In this document: in pieces, positions 1 through 7,554 of the stretch
How positions within the stretch are numbered: the stretch's first letter is position 1
Layout of the letters: every line of letters starts with the position of its first letter
Virus record (IMG/VR): IMGVR_UViG_3300031576_000013
Span: 1 to 64,000 of that record
Strand: one strand, 5' to 3'
Length of the DNA stretch: 64,000 nt
Source: a virus
Position numbers and translations under genes: made by a program
The notes under the pieces: generated by a model
Told to the model about the DNA's origin: nothing
Database searches by the model: none
The model's input: only the letters and a program-made list of their open reading frames with translations

Positions 1-59
1 TATGGTCATATATGGTCATATATGGTCATATATGGTCATATATGGTCATATATGGTCAC
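1..59. repeat. Tandem 10-bp repeat (TATGGTCATA) x about 6, truncated by the window edge
   Basis: Five perfect units plus TATGGTCAC; each unit is a quasi-palindrome TATG-GT-CATA. Confidence 0.97.
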
Positions 60-273
60 GTGCGTGGGGGCGCCATTCCAACGAATGCCGGAACCTGCCG
101 CAGTCCCGCCAGTCGCGCTGATCAATCCACTCGATCCCGAACGAATCACGTTCGCCCACGATCCTGCGAGTGGCCTTGCCTGTGCCACAAACGTCGCACG
201 TCTGATCTGGGGCCATCTTGGGCGGCATCGGATCCGTTCATCCGCGAAGGACCGGTTACGTCTGCCATCGTGT

Positions 274-310
274 CCGCCTTTCGTCTGCTGCCGCCTTTCG
301 TCTGCTGCCG
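274..310. repeat. 17-bp tandem duplication CCGCCTTTCGTCTGCTG x2
   Basis: Read directly from the sequence. Confidence 0.85.
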
Positions 311-428
311 GGAATTCCTCGGAGGACGCCGGCTGAAAAAGGATCCGGCTTGCTCCAAAAAATTTGGGCGAAAAATTTGCCGGCTGGCTGGCTGGGCCGG
401 CTCGGACCGCCGCACTGCATTAGCGCAT

Positions 429-477
429 TGCATCATAACGCGGTGCGCCACCCACGGCGCCCCCGCGTTATGACGCA
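429..477 (-). terminator. Long hairpin downstream of the leftward operon (terminator or processing stem)
   Basis: TGCATCATAACGCGG...CCGCGTTATGACGCA arms (1 mismatch) with an inner GCGCC/GGCGC stem, just past the stop of 491..1351; no clear U-tract. Confidence 0.55.
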
Positions 478-490
478 GGGCGCCGTAGTC

Positions 491-1351
491 CTAACGCATC
501 GCGGCAGCCAGCTTGCGCCGCGTCGTTTTGCCTAGTGCGGCAAAAACGCGAGTCACCGCGCCGGCGAACATGGCGCGCGGTATACACCGATGCAGGTCGC
601 GCAATGCGGCAACAAGACGCGGTACGTCATGGGATTTTGCATCGCGCGCCGCTTTAACTACGTCGTCGCGCAATTGCGCCGCGCGTGCCATCGTAGGTAC
701 TGCGCTACGCGCCGCGTTATCCGACAGGTCGCGCACGATAGCCGCTGCGATTACCTCGTGTGCCGTGCCGCACCTACATGCCGTGTCGACGTGCCGATGG
801 CACACGACGCGATGCGTCAACATTGCCGAAACGCGCTGTCCGAAGGCGCCATCGCGGAGGTTGACGGACGCTGTTGGCGCGCGTGTCGCGTCCCGTGGGG
901 CAGGTGCACCCCGAGTAGCGGTAGGTCGAGACGCCCAATTACGCGCGCCTAGCGTGGCGGCCGTCGCGCTAGCGCGTGTACTACGCGCGTCCTGCACTGT
1001 CGTCGCGGTAGCGTCTCGCGACGCTGCGTCAGCGTTGCCGTATCGCGTCACGCGCGACTGAAATAGGGTAGCGAGCGCCCGACCGGCCCTTTGCGCGTCG
1101 CGCAATTGCGCCGCGTCAACGGGAGGCGTGACTACCGGCGCACCACGACGGTACGCCGCGACCACCTGCACACGCTGCATCGCGTCAAGCACGGTTAACG
1201 GGCGCGCGATCGTCGCGTCGGCGCGCGCTAGGCGCGCTGACGCGCGGGCCGCTGCCGCGCCGGCAACCGGGTGTTCGCCACGTCGCGCGTGCTGGAGTGC
1301 GTCAATCGCAGCGTCCTGTACGGCGCGCCATTCCTTGCTGTTATGTGTCAT
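491..1351 (-). CDS. Hypothetical Ala/Arg-rich protein (putative early gene)
   Basis: 286-aa ORF with AAAGGGGTG RBS upstream of ATG; contains a CHRH...CRCG..H possible metal site. Confidence 0.65.
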   Translation of the reverse strand: MTHNSKEWRAVQDAAIDALQHARRGEHPVAGAAAARASARLARADATIARPLTVLDAMQRVQVVAAYRRGAPVVTPPVDAAQLRDAQRAGRALATLFQSRVTRYGNADAASRDATATTVQDARSTRASATAATLGARNWASRPTATRGAPAPRDATRAPTASVNLRDGAFGQRVSAMLTHRVVCHRHVDTACRCGTAHEVIAAAIVRDLSDNAARSAVPTMARAAQLRDDVVKAARDAKSHDVPRLVAALRDLHRCIPRAMFAGAVTRVFAALGKTTRRKLAAAMR

Positions 1352-1439
1352 TTAGTGTCACCCCTTTCTTTTGTGGGCCGGCGAGAGCGCGACTCCCGTG
1401 CCGCACCGCGTTACCGCGTGCGGGCCGGCCCGGCGCGCA

Positions 1440-1712
1440 CTAGGCGTGCGCGCTCACAATCACGGCACCTTCCGTGGCGCCATGCGTCTTGGGCGGGGCT
1501 TTCAGGATGGCCGCCGCTGCCGCGCGGTCGCGACCGACGGCGACCAAGCGCGCGACGGTGATACCGTCCGCGCGTTCCTGTGCGGTCACGATATCCGTGT
1601 CAGCGCGCCGCGCCAACATGACGCGCCGCGTTGCTTCGCGTACGCTGGGGTCCAGCGTCACGACGCTCTGTATCAGCTTGTCGGCTACCATTTCGTCGAT
1701 TGTTTTCGCCAT
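1440..1712 (-). CDS. Hypothetical protein (putative early gene)
   Basis: 90-aa ORF with AAAGGA RBS. Confidence 0.7.
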   Translation of the reverse strand: MAKTIDEMVADKLIQSVVTLDPSVREATRRVMLARRADTDIVTAQERADGITVARLVAVGRDRAAAAAILKAPPKTHGATEGAVIVSAHA

Positions 1713-1774
1713 TTTGCGTTTCCTTTCGTTTTGAATACCCGAGTCAACCTAGCGGAATTACTAGGTTTTTTCGA

Positions 1775-1807
1775 GCCCTACGCGCCGCAAGCTGCGGCGC
1801 GTAGGGC
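1775..1807. other. Perfect 15-bp inverted repeat
   Basis: GCCCTACGCGCCGCA-AGC-TGCGGCGCGTAGGGC; overlaps an alternative stem GGGCAGG/CCTGCCC (1804-1824). Confidence 0.9.
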
Positions 1808-1828
1808 AGGAAAAAACCCTGCCCGCGT

Positions 1829-1900
1829 CTACGCGTTGTACGCGCTCCAACCAGTCAAAATAACACACAGCGTTGTGAAAATGGTGGTTGCAATTTCCAT
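1829..1900 (-). CDS. 23-aa hydrophobic small peptide MEIATTIFTTLCVILTGWSAYNA
   Basis: Translated by hand; strong AAGGAAAGG RBS; first ORF after a sigma70-like promoter. Confidence 0.55.
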   Translation of the reverse strand: MEIATTIFTTLCVILTGWSAYNA

Positions 1901-1976
1901 GACGCACCTTTCCTTTTCTGCCTTTCGGCGTTGCAGTGCGCCCCGAGGGGCGTCACGTTTGTTTTTCGATGTCTTG

Positions 1977-2004
1977 ACTATAACACGGCATGAAAACGAG
2001 TCAA
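1977..2004 (-). promoter_or_regulatory. Sigma70-type promoter (leftward)
   Basis: TTGACT-16 nt-TATAGT with extended -10 TGn on the minus strand. Confidence 0.65.
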
Positions 2005-2230
2005 ACATATTTCGTGTAAATCTTTATTCCCGAACGATATCGCATAGTTACGGAGCAAAAGTTTACAATGCGTTGCTATGCGTCAACGGTAGACGTGTGG
2101 GAATATCTGTGAGGTAGATTACCAGATTTTTGCGTGTGACGCACTGCGGCATGAGGTCTGGCATCGCTTACTATACAAGAAATTTCCACCAATTTAACGC
2201 GTCGCATTACCCAAAACGACCGCTAACCAA

Positions 2231-3529
2231 ATGTATAGCGATGCGATAAAAAGCGTGTATATTCCTCGAATGGGTCTCGGGCGATACGAAATCCTCGCAG
2301 CCGACTTCGACCTCGCGAAAAAAGGCTTCCTGCGAGGTCCAGTTATCAAACACGTCGGAGCTTTATCCGCAGCCGTTCTCTCCGATTTCGTGCGCGATCG
2401 ACACGTACGCAATCACCTGTTTCGCGGTTGCCGATTTTACTCGTGGGACGATCTGATTCGTGAATCTGCATTCAAGATCCAGGTGCCCGAAACGGCGGAA
2501 GCCACGCTCAACTTATTTCAAATTCAAAAAGGTGCGTCTCCCCGCCCACCTGGTTATTCACGTTTACATCCACCCGACCATCTCCTGACAACCAACGCCC
2601 CACTTACCGATGCAAAACAAGTCTTCAAGACGAACCCGTGGAAGCTGTGGAAACATCGTCGCTTGCCGCCAGGTGTCTTCGCCACCGCCCTCAACAACCT
2701 CCTCCCAAAACAACCGAACGAAACCCCCGAGGAGGAGCGCGCACGCCTTCTCACGATCCTCTCGATCCCCGAGCCCTACGCACCCCCCGGCGGACTTCCG
2801 CCCCCCGACCCCCACCCTCCACTTCCGTGTCTGCGCTCGTACGTACCGGTCGAGATAACCAAGGCGGACTTCCTCGCGCTCCCGATCTTCGACCGGCGCA
2901 CCGACCGGCCGCTCCCGACCGTCGAGGTCGGCTACACGTGGAAGTTCCTGAACAATAACTATGCGCATCGGCGCCTCGAGAACCGCACCGAGTTCTGGCG
3001 GGCGCAGTACGCCGAACCCGTCCCGCGCAACATCGTGCTCATGCGCAACGCCTTCGTCATCCGCGACACGGACGGCAAGCCGCTCGATCACTACGAGCTG
3101 CTTCTCGAGATCCAGGAAGACGTGTTCAAGGCGACGGGCGTGAAGATCCTCCCCAACTCCGAGATCCAAAGAAAGGCAGAAACCCGCCTTGCCGCGCAAG
3201 AAACAAGAAGGAGCGCTTGGAATTCGGCCACGCCGTCCGCTCCATGTGATAGATGCGGCCACACAAAGGAAAAACACCTCTCCTCCGGCTGCCAGTTCGC
3301 CAAGGACACCATCGCGGAGTGCGACTGTTTTCACTTTTCGATTCGCAATTCGATTTCATCTTCGAATCAGGATCAGGATCCGGATCCTGATCCGGATCCT
3401 GATCCGCATTCCTTATCGTCATCGGGGAACCCAGAACAGGGAGCTTCACTCGACAAACTCGACGACGAACTCGAAGAATTCGAAGCGATGGCCACGCCTT
3501 TTGGAACGAGGGGTACGTCTGCGAGATAG
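2231..3529 (+). CDS. Hypothetical protein with C-terminal Cys/His cluster and DP repeat
   Basis: 432-aa ORF; CDRCGH...H...C...CDC; (DP)n tail; start uncertain. Confidence 0.75.
   Translation: MYSDAIKSVYIPRMGLGRYEILAADFDLAKKGFLRGPVIKHVGALSAAVLSDFVRDRHVRNHLFRGCRFYSWDDLIRESAFKIQVPETAEATLNLFQIQKGASPRPPGYSRLHPPDHLLTTNAPLTDAKQVFKTNPWKLWKHRRLPPGVFATALNNLLPKQPNETPEEERARLLTILSIPEPYAPPGGLPPPDPHPPLPCLRSYVPVEITKADFLALPIFDRRTDRPLPTVEVGYTWKFLNNNYAHRRLENRTEFWRAQYAEPVPRNIVLMRNAFVIRDTDGKPLDHYELLLEIQEDVFKATGVKILPNSEIQRKAETRLAAQETRRSAWNSATPSAPCDRCGHTKEKHLSSGCQFAKDTIAECDCFHFSIRNSISSSNQDQDPDPDPDPDPHSLSSSGNPEQGASLDKLDDELEEFEAMATPFGTRGTSAR
3365..3406 (+). repeat. Hexamer repeat GATC(AG/CG/CT) encoding DQDPDPDPDPDP
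   Basis: Read directly. Confidence 0.85.
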
Positions 3530-3554
3530 GCCATCTCAACATGAAAACAATCTC

Positions 3555-3584
3555 TTGACTTTGTATCTCATTCCGTAGTACACT
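3555..3584 (+). promoter_or_regulatory. Sigma70-type promoter for the histone-like gene
   Basis: TTGACT-18 nt-TACACT, followed by GGAGG RBS before 3619. Confidence 0.55.
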
Positions 3585-3618
3585 CGTTCCAGGTCGACAA
3601 CCCGGAGGAAATACGGCA

Positions 3619-4095
3619 ATGCGCACAGACAGCACCATCGACGGCGCCGCGAGGGATCTCGTCGCCAAGTTTCGTTCACTGATCGAAAGCGACGTCCGTC
3701 GCCGCGTCCTGGACGCGATCGCGAAGAATGGGCTCGGCGTCCAAAAGAGCGCTGTCCACGCTCCAAAAGCGAAAGAGAAGGAGAAGGCGCACGGCGGGCC
3801 AAGACGGAAGCGCGACAAGTCGAGCTACCGCTGCCCGGTCCCTCACTGTCCGAACGTGTCCGCCCCGATCTTCGGCATGGTGTGCGGCAAGCACAGGGAT
3901 GTTCCGAAGCCACTGATCAAGAAGTACCGCGCGGCGCGTGCCGAGTCTAAGAAGACCGGCGTCCCCGTCATGACGCTTCTGAACGCGAAGACAAAGACAA
4001 AGACGAAGACAAAGACAAAGACAAAGACAAAGAAGGCGCACTCGACCAAGTCGAAAGCGAAGCCGTCAGCCGCACTCCAGGCCGCACAAGCGTAA
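3619..4095 (+). CDS. Basic histone-H1-like DNA-binding protein with CCCH Zn finger
   Basis: C-PVPH-C...C-GK-H motif; Lys-rich tail with (KT)n; GGAGG RBS. Confidence 0.75.
   Translation: MRTDSTIDGAARDLVAKFRSLIESDVRRRVLDAIAKNGLGVQKSAVHAPKAKEKEKAHGGPRRKRDKSSYRCPVPHCPNVSAPIFGMVCGKHRDVPKPLIKKYRAARAESKKTGVPVMTLLNAKTKTKTKTKTKTKTKKAHSTKSKAKPSAALQAAQA
3988..4033 (+). repeat. (AAGACA/G)n microsatellite encoding KTKTKT
   Basis: Read directly. Confidence 0.9.
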
Positions 4096-4104
4096 AGGCT
4101 CCGC

Positions 4105-4305
4105 GTGAAGGATCATCGTCCGTCGAAGGCGGCGGTGTTCTTCGCCCTGGCATTCTTCGCCGCGAATATCTGCATTGCCGCGCCCACGTTCAGGATCTTT
4201 TCATGGATCCTGAACGGGCTCGGAATGTGTGGTGTCTTGCTCGGTCTATGGCTCGAAAGGCTCGAACGCAAGCGGCTCGGAGAGCCCCGCGCCCCGGCCA
4301 ACTGA
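4105..4305 (+). CDS. Small two-TM membrane protein
   Basis: Two hydrophobic segments and a basic C-terminus (holin-like topology). Confidence 0.6.
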   Translation: MKDHRPSKAAVFFALAFFAANICIAAPTFRIFSWILNGLGMCGVLLGLWLERLERKRLGEPRAPAN

Positions 4306-4323
4306 TTCCCTTATCGGACCAAA

Positions 4324-4577
4324 TTCCCCTGCTCTGGATCCCAGATGACGGCTATGGCACACGCGAATGTACACTCCGCCGCTTGAAATCGCACCGCCGT
4401 TCGCGGTGGCGGGTTCATTCGAAGTTCATCGTGCGCGGTCACTGGCGCAACCAAGCCTTCGGCAAGAAGCGCCTCGAACGCAAGAAAAGGTGGATCGCGG
4501 CTTTCTGGAAAGGCCCGAAAAGCGGCCCCAGTCTCGCGAGACTCTACGAAGTCTTGAAGCCGGACGAAAAAGATTGA
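4324..4577 (+). pseudogene. C-terminal fragment of a phage protein with VRGHWR...WI..FWKG motif, no clear start
   Basis: FIVRGHWRNQAFG...RWIAAFWKGP is a common phage C-terminal motif; flanked by two direct copies of the dispersed motif. Confidence 0.45.
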
Positions 4578-4623
4578 TCGAAACAAAATTCCATTTTCTG
4601 GGTTCCCCGATGACGGTAACGGT

Positions 4624-5190
4624 TTGAATGAAGGAAGATCGCAAATGACTTTTGGAACAGAAACAATCAAGCGTGTTTGCAGCCCCGACGAGCTCGAATC
4701 TTTGACACGTCAAGGTTGGCGCGTCGTCGACAAGGTTCAGCGTGCGCACGTAGTCGACGTCCCGCGTACGCACGTAGGTTTCGTCCCGCCTCAATATGAG
4801 CCACAACGCGGCGGCTATTTTGTAGAACCGCCTAATGGCAAGTGGCATGAATATGCGACCTCGGAACAGGTGGTCGTACCCGAGACGCACTTTCTCCTTG
4901 AGCTGAACGAGGCGAGCTCGTTGGCAAAATTGACCGGCGAATTGAACGTGGCGCACGCTGCGGCGGAAAAAGATCGCGCCAATACGAAAGAAGCCTGTGA
5001 TCAATTGATCAAAGCGCTCGAAAACCAGAAACAGCTGGAGACGCGTCTTGCCGAGGCGAATAAACTGTGTCAAGCCGCGCTTGCCGCTTACAATATGACT
5101 CGCAGTCAACTCGTAAAGCTCGAACGCGACTTTGCCATATTGAAGAACGCGATCGGTGACTTGCGGGCCAAGGAGATCCTTCAGTCATGA
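4624..5190 (+). CDS. Hypothetical coiled-coil protein (likely start 4645)
   Basis: 188-aa ORF, heptad-rich C-terminal half; ATGA overlap with next gene. Confidence 0.75.
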   Translation: MNEGRSQMTFGTETIKRVCSPDELESLTRQGWRVVDKVQRAHVVDVPRTHVGFVPPQYEPQRGGYFVEPPNGKWHEYATSEQVVVPETHFLLELNEASSLAKLTGELNVAHAAAEKDRANTKEACDQLIKALENQKQLETRLAEANKLCQAALAAYNMTRSQLVKLERDFAILKNAIGDLRAKEILQS

Positions 5191-5849
5191 TGTTCGCAAA
5201 ATATTGGTGCAATGACTGCAAGTTCATGCGCCGTCCCGGCGAGTGTGATCACTCGCGCTACAAGATCGGTCCTACCGAACCAGCGAAGTCGACCGCAGTC
5301 CAAACAGGTATGAAAGATGTAGTCGACCCATTTGATGCGGGCATTAAGCCTCTTGTATGGTATGAGGCGCGCTCTATTGCCACACCGAAATTCGTAAAGA
5401 CTTCGTACTCGCAGCCGTTGCCTATCGACGCGGCCGGTATACATTCATCGTGTGGCGCACCGTTTTGTTGTTCCGATGAAAAAACGCCCAGGCTCTACCG
5501 GTCTTTCGATGACACGCAGGCCGAAGAGATCTTCTGGAAACTTAGTTTGCCGGTCGAAATCCCGGAAGCTTCGTGGGTTTCGTTTCGGCTCATTCACCAA
5601 GCCTCGTCTGGAGTGAGTGGATCGGTTGCTCTCCGTCTTCGATTTGGTGAAACACCTACCGATTCTTTCGCGCCAAGCATTCCACCGCTCAAGGTCTTCG
5701 GGTCCGGGATCAATCACCATGTGATCTATTTTCCGAATAAGGGAATACCCCCGATACAAACGATCAGTTTGTCGCGCAGCCCCAAATCAAACGACACTTT
5801 GATCGCCGATTGGATGCTGTTGGATGCGGGATTGGTTTGGGGGTCTTGA
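5187..5849 (+). CDS. Hypothetical protein: N-terminal Cys cluster plus a domain resembling the fibre tip of 60725..62230
   Basis: RSFDDTQAE...DTLIADWMLL versus RRFDDTTEE...TELVGDWNLL. Confidence 0.7.
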   Translation: MMFAKYWCNDCKFMRRPGECDHSRYKIGPTEPAKSTAVQTGMKDVVDPFDAGIKPLVWYEARSIATPKFVKTSYSQPLPIDAAGIHSSCGAPFCCSDEKTPRLYRSFDDTQAEEIFWKLSLPVEIPEASWVSFRLIHQASSGVSGSVALRLRFGETPTDSFAPSIPPLKVFGSGINHHVIYFPNKGIPPIQTISLSRSPKSNDTLIADWMLLDAGLVWGS

Positions 5850-5874
5850 CTACTTCTGTGCAGATGGATGACAA

Positions 5875-5985
5875 GTGAAGTACCGTAAGCAGCCGGTGGT
5901 CGTTGAGGCGACCCAGTGGTTCAAGAATGGCGACCATCCCGCCCGTGGCGCCAGAAGCGAGGCCCTACGACGGGTTACCACATGA
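5875..5985 (+). pseudogene. Truncated KYRKKPV-type phage protein (36 aa)
   Basis: MKYRKQPVVVEATQWFKNGDHP followed by an early stop. Confidence 0.55.
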
Positions 5986-5989
5986 ATCA

Positions 5990-6115
5990 ATGCGTCCACT
6001 TTGGACGCGAGTAGGAGACGATTTCAATACTCTCACGTTAACACCGTCTATCTATCGGGTTGGTGGTTGTGGTTGGCATGGATTCATTACAAAAGGCGTT
6101 GTAACTAATGCATAG
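5990..6115 (+). pseudogene. C-terminal remnant of a DUF6527-like protein
   Basis: WTRVGDDFNTLTLTPSI...CGWHGFITKG. Confidence 0.5.
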
Positions 6116-6138
6116 ATCAACAATACGAAGTACGAACC

Positions 6139-6516
6139 ATGCCTGAACGCCGCCGCCTACCCAACACACGCAATTCAATCACCGCCCGCCTACTCATGCG
6201 ACATTCGGGCGGCGAATTGAAGATCTATGTGACTGTCGGACTTTACGACGATGGCAAGCCGGGTGAGATATTCCTCAAGGCCGACAAGCTCGGATCCACG
6301 GTCTCCGGCCTGCTCGACGCCCTCGCCATCTCCATGAGTATCGGTCTCCAGAATGGTGCTCCCATGGATCACTTCACGTCGAAGCTGATCAACATGCGCT
6401 TCGAGCCCGAAGGCATGGTCACGCTCAATGACAAAAGCGATTTCGCCTCTTCGATCGTGGACGCGGTTGGCAAATGGCTCGACAAAAAGTTTCCGAAGCC
6501 CGATCATCAAACGTGA
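6139..6516 (+). CDS. Stand-alone TSCPD domain (C-terminal domain of class II ribonucleotide reductase)
   Basis: RRRLP..R...KIYVTVGLYDDGKPGEIF...GST..GLLDALAI..SIGLQ.G...RFEP.G...SSIVD. Confidence 0.9.
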   Translation: MPERRRLPNTRNSITARLLMRHSGGELKIYVTVGLYDDGKPGEIFLKADKLGSTVSGLLDALAISMSIGLQNGAPMDHFTSKLINMRFEPEGMVTLNDKSDFASSIVDAVGKWLDKKFPKPDHQT

Positions 6517-6782
6517 CAAAAATCCCCTCCTCTGAATCTCGGATGCTAACAACCATCGACCAGCCATCGATCCCGCCGAAAAAACGCCGCAAAGTGCGCT
6601 CGCCGATCCAGATCCGCAAATGGTACGGCGGGGCGATGTTCTACGTCGTGATAAGATGCTCGGTGAAAGGTTGCGTCAGTAGGTGGAAGTCCTCGTTCTA
6701 CCAGAACGAGGCCGCCGCCGAGGCTTACAAGTTGGCGTTGCCGAAACGCCCCGTTTGTCTTCATCATGAACGGAAGTCATGA
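6513..6782 (+). CDS. Hypothetical basic protein, possible Zn-binding
   Basis: GTGA coupling to upstream stop; CSVKGC...CLHH. Confidence 0.6.
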   Translation: MTKIPSSESRMLTTIDQPSIPPKKRRKVRSPIQIRKWYGGAMFYVVIRCSVKGCVSRWKSSFYQNEAAAEAYKLALPKRPVCLHHERKS

Positions 6783-7000
6783 CCGTTGCTCCATTTTTAC
6801 AAAGGCATCTCGAGGGCATGATCACCGCGCTCGTGAAGGCGCTCGGCAGCCCAACCAGGCTTCACGCGATGCTCACCGCCGTGCGCACCAGCGCGCCGAT
6901 AGAGGAAGCCTCTTGGCAGGTGCGCACGATCGAGCTGCCCGGTATCGAGCACTTTGAGCTATTGATTTGTGTGCGTACGAAAACTGGAGAGAAACGATGA
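6779..7000 (+). CDS. Hypothetical protein
   Basis: ATGA-coupled on both sides. Confidence 0.6.
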   Translation: MTVAPFLQRHLEGMITALVKALGSPTRLHAMLTAVRTSAPIEEASWQVRTIELPGIEHFELLICVRTKTGEKR

Positions 7001-7251
7001 AGATCGCTGAACTGTGCGCGAACTACGATCGGTGTGCGACCGCCGAACTAGACAAGGAAGCCGCGCGTAAGAAGTTGTTCGACTATGTCAAAGAACTGCG
7101 ACGGCACGTTCTCGAACACCCTGAACAGGTCTTGCGCGGTTCAATTATCGAAGGGTGCAGAGATCCGGGGATGACCGGTATACTTACTGAGATATCGACA
7201 AGGCCGGACGATACGCTCGCTGAAACTTGTCTATTTCAATACGTGGGTTAA
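6997..7251 (+). CDS. Hypothetical protein
   Basis: ATGA-coupled, GGAGA RBS. Confidence 0.6.
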   Translation: MKIAELCANYDRCATAELDKEAARKKLFDYVKELRRHVLEHPEQVLRGSIIEGCRDPGMTGILTEISTRPDDTLAETCLFQYVG

Positions 7252-7282
7252 CTTGAACCATTCTCAAGGTTGGTGACGCAAA

Positions 7283-7462
7283 ATGCCCGATCAGGTATGG
7301 CGGAAAAAGCAGCCGCTCATGGCGACGGTCATCGAGCAAGAAGATAAACCCAATCGTAAGCAGCGCCGCGCTCAGCTAGCCTACGCAAAATCTGCGAAGG
7401 GCAAAGCCGAATTGAGGCGTAAAGCGGCGGAACGACTCGAAAAGGCGAAGGAGAACCAATGA
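7283..7462 (+). CDS. 59-aa basic protein with NRKQRRA arginine-rich motif
   Basis: Translated by hand (below the ORF-track cutoff); ATGA-coupled to the next ORF. Confidence 0.6.
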   Translation: MPDQVWRKKQPLMATVIEQEDKPNRKQRRAQLAYAKSAKGKAELRRKAAERLEKAKENQ

Positions 7463-7554
7463 CGGTCGGAGACATTTTATTTGCGTTTGGCGTGACGGTT
7501 GTTGCATTCTTGCTCGGATTCATTTTCGGTCGATCGACCGGTAAACGTCGATGA
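7459..7554 (+). CDS. 31-aa single-TM peptide MTVGDILFAFGVTVVAFLLGFIFGRSTGKRR
   Basis: AAGGAG RBS; ATGA overlaps on both ends. Confidence 0.7.
   Translation: MTVGDILFAFGVTVVAFLLGFIFGRSTGKRR

Noticed and set aside
12-473. ORFs beginning MVIYGHIWSY...
   Set aside because: The N-termini are just translations of the 10-bp tandem array; no RBS or protein-like features
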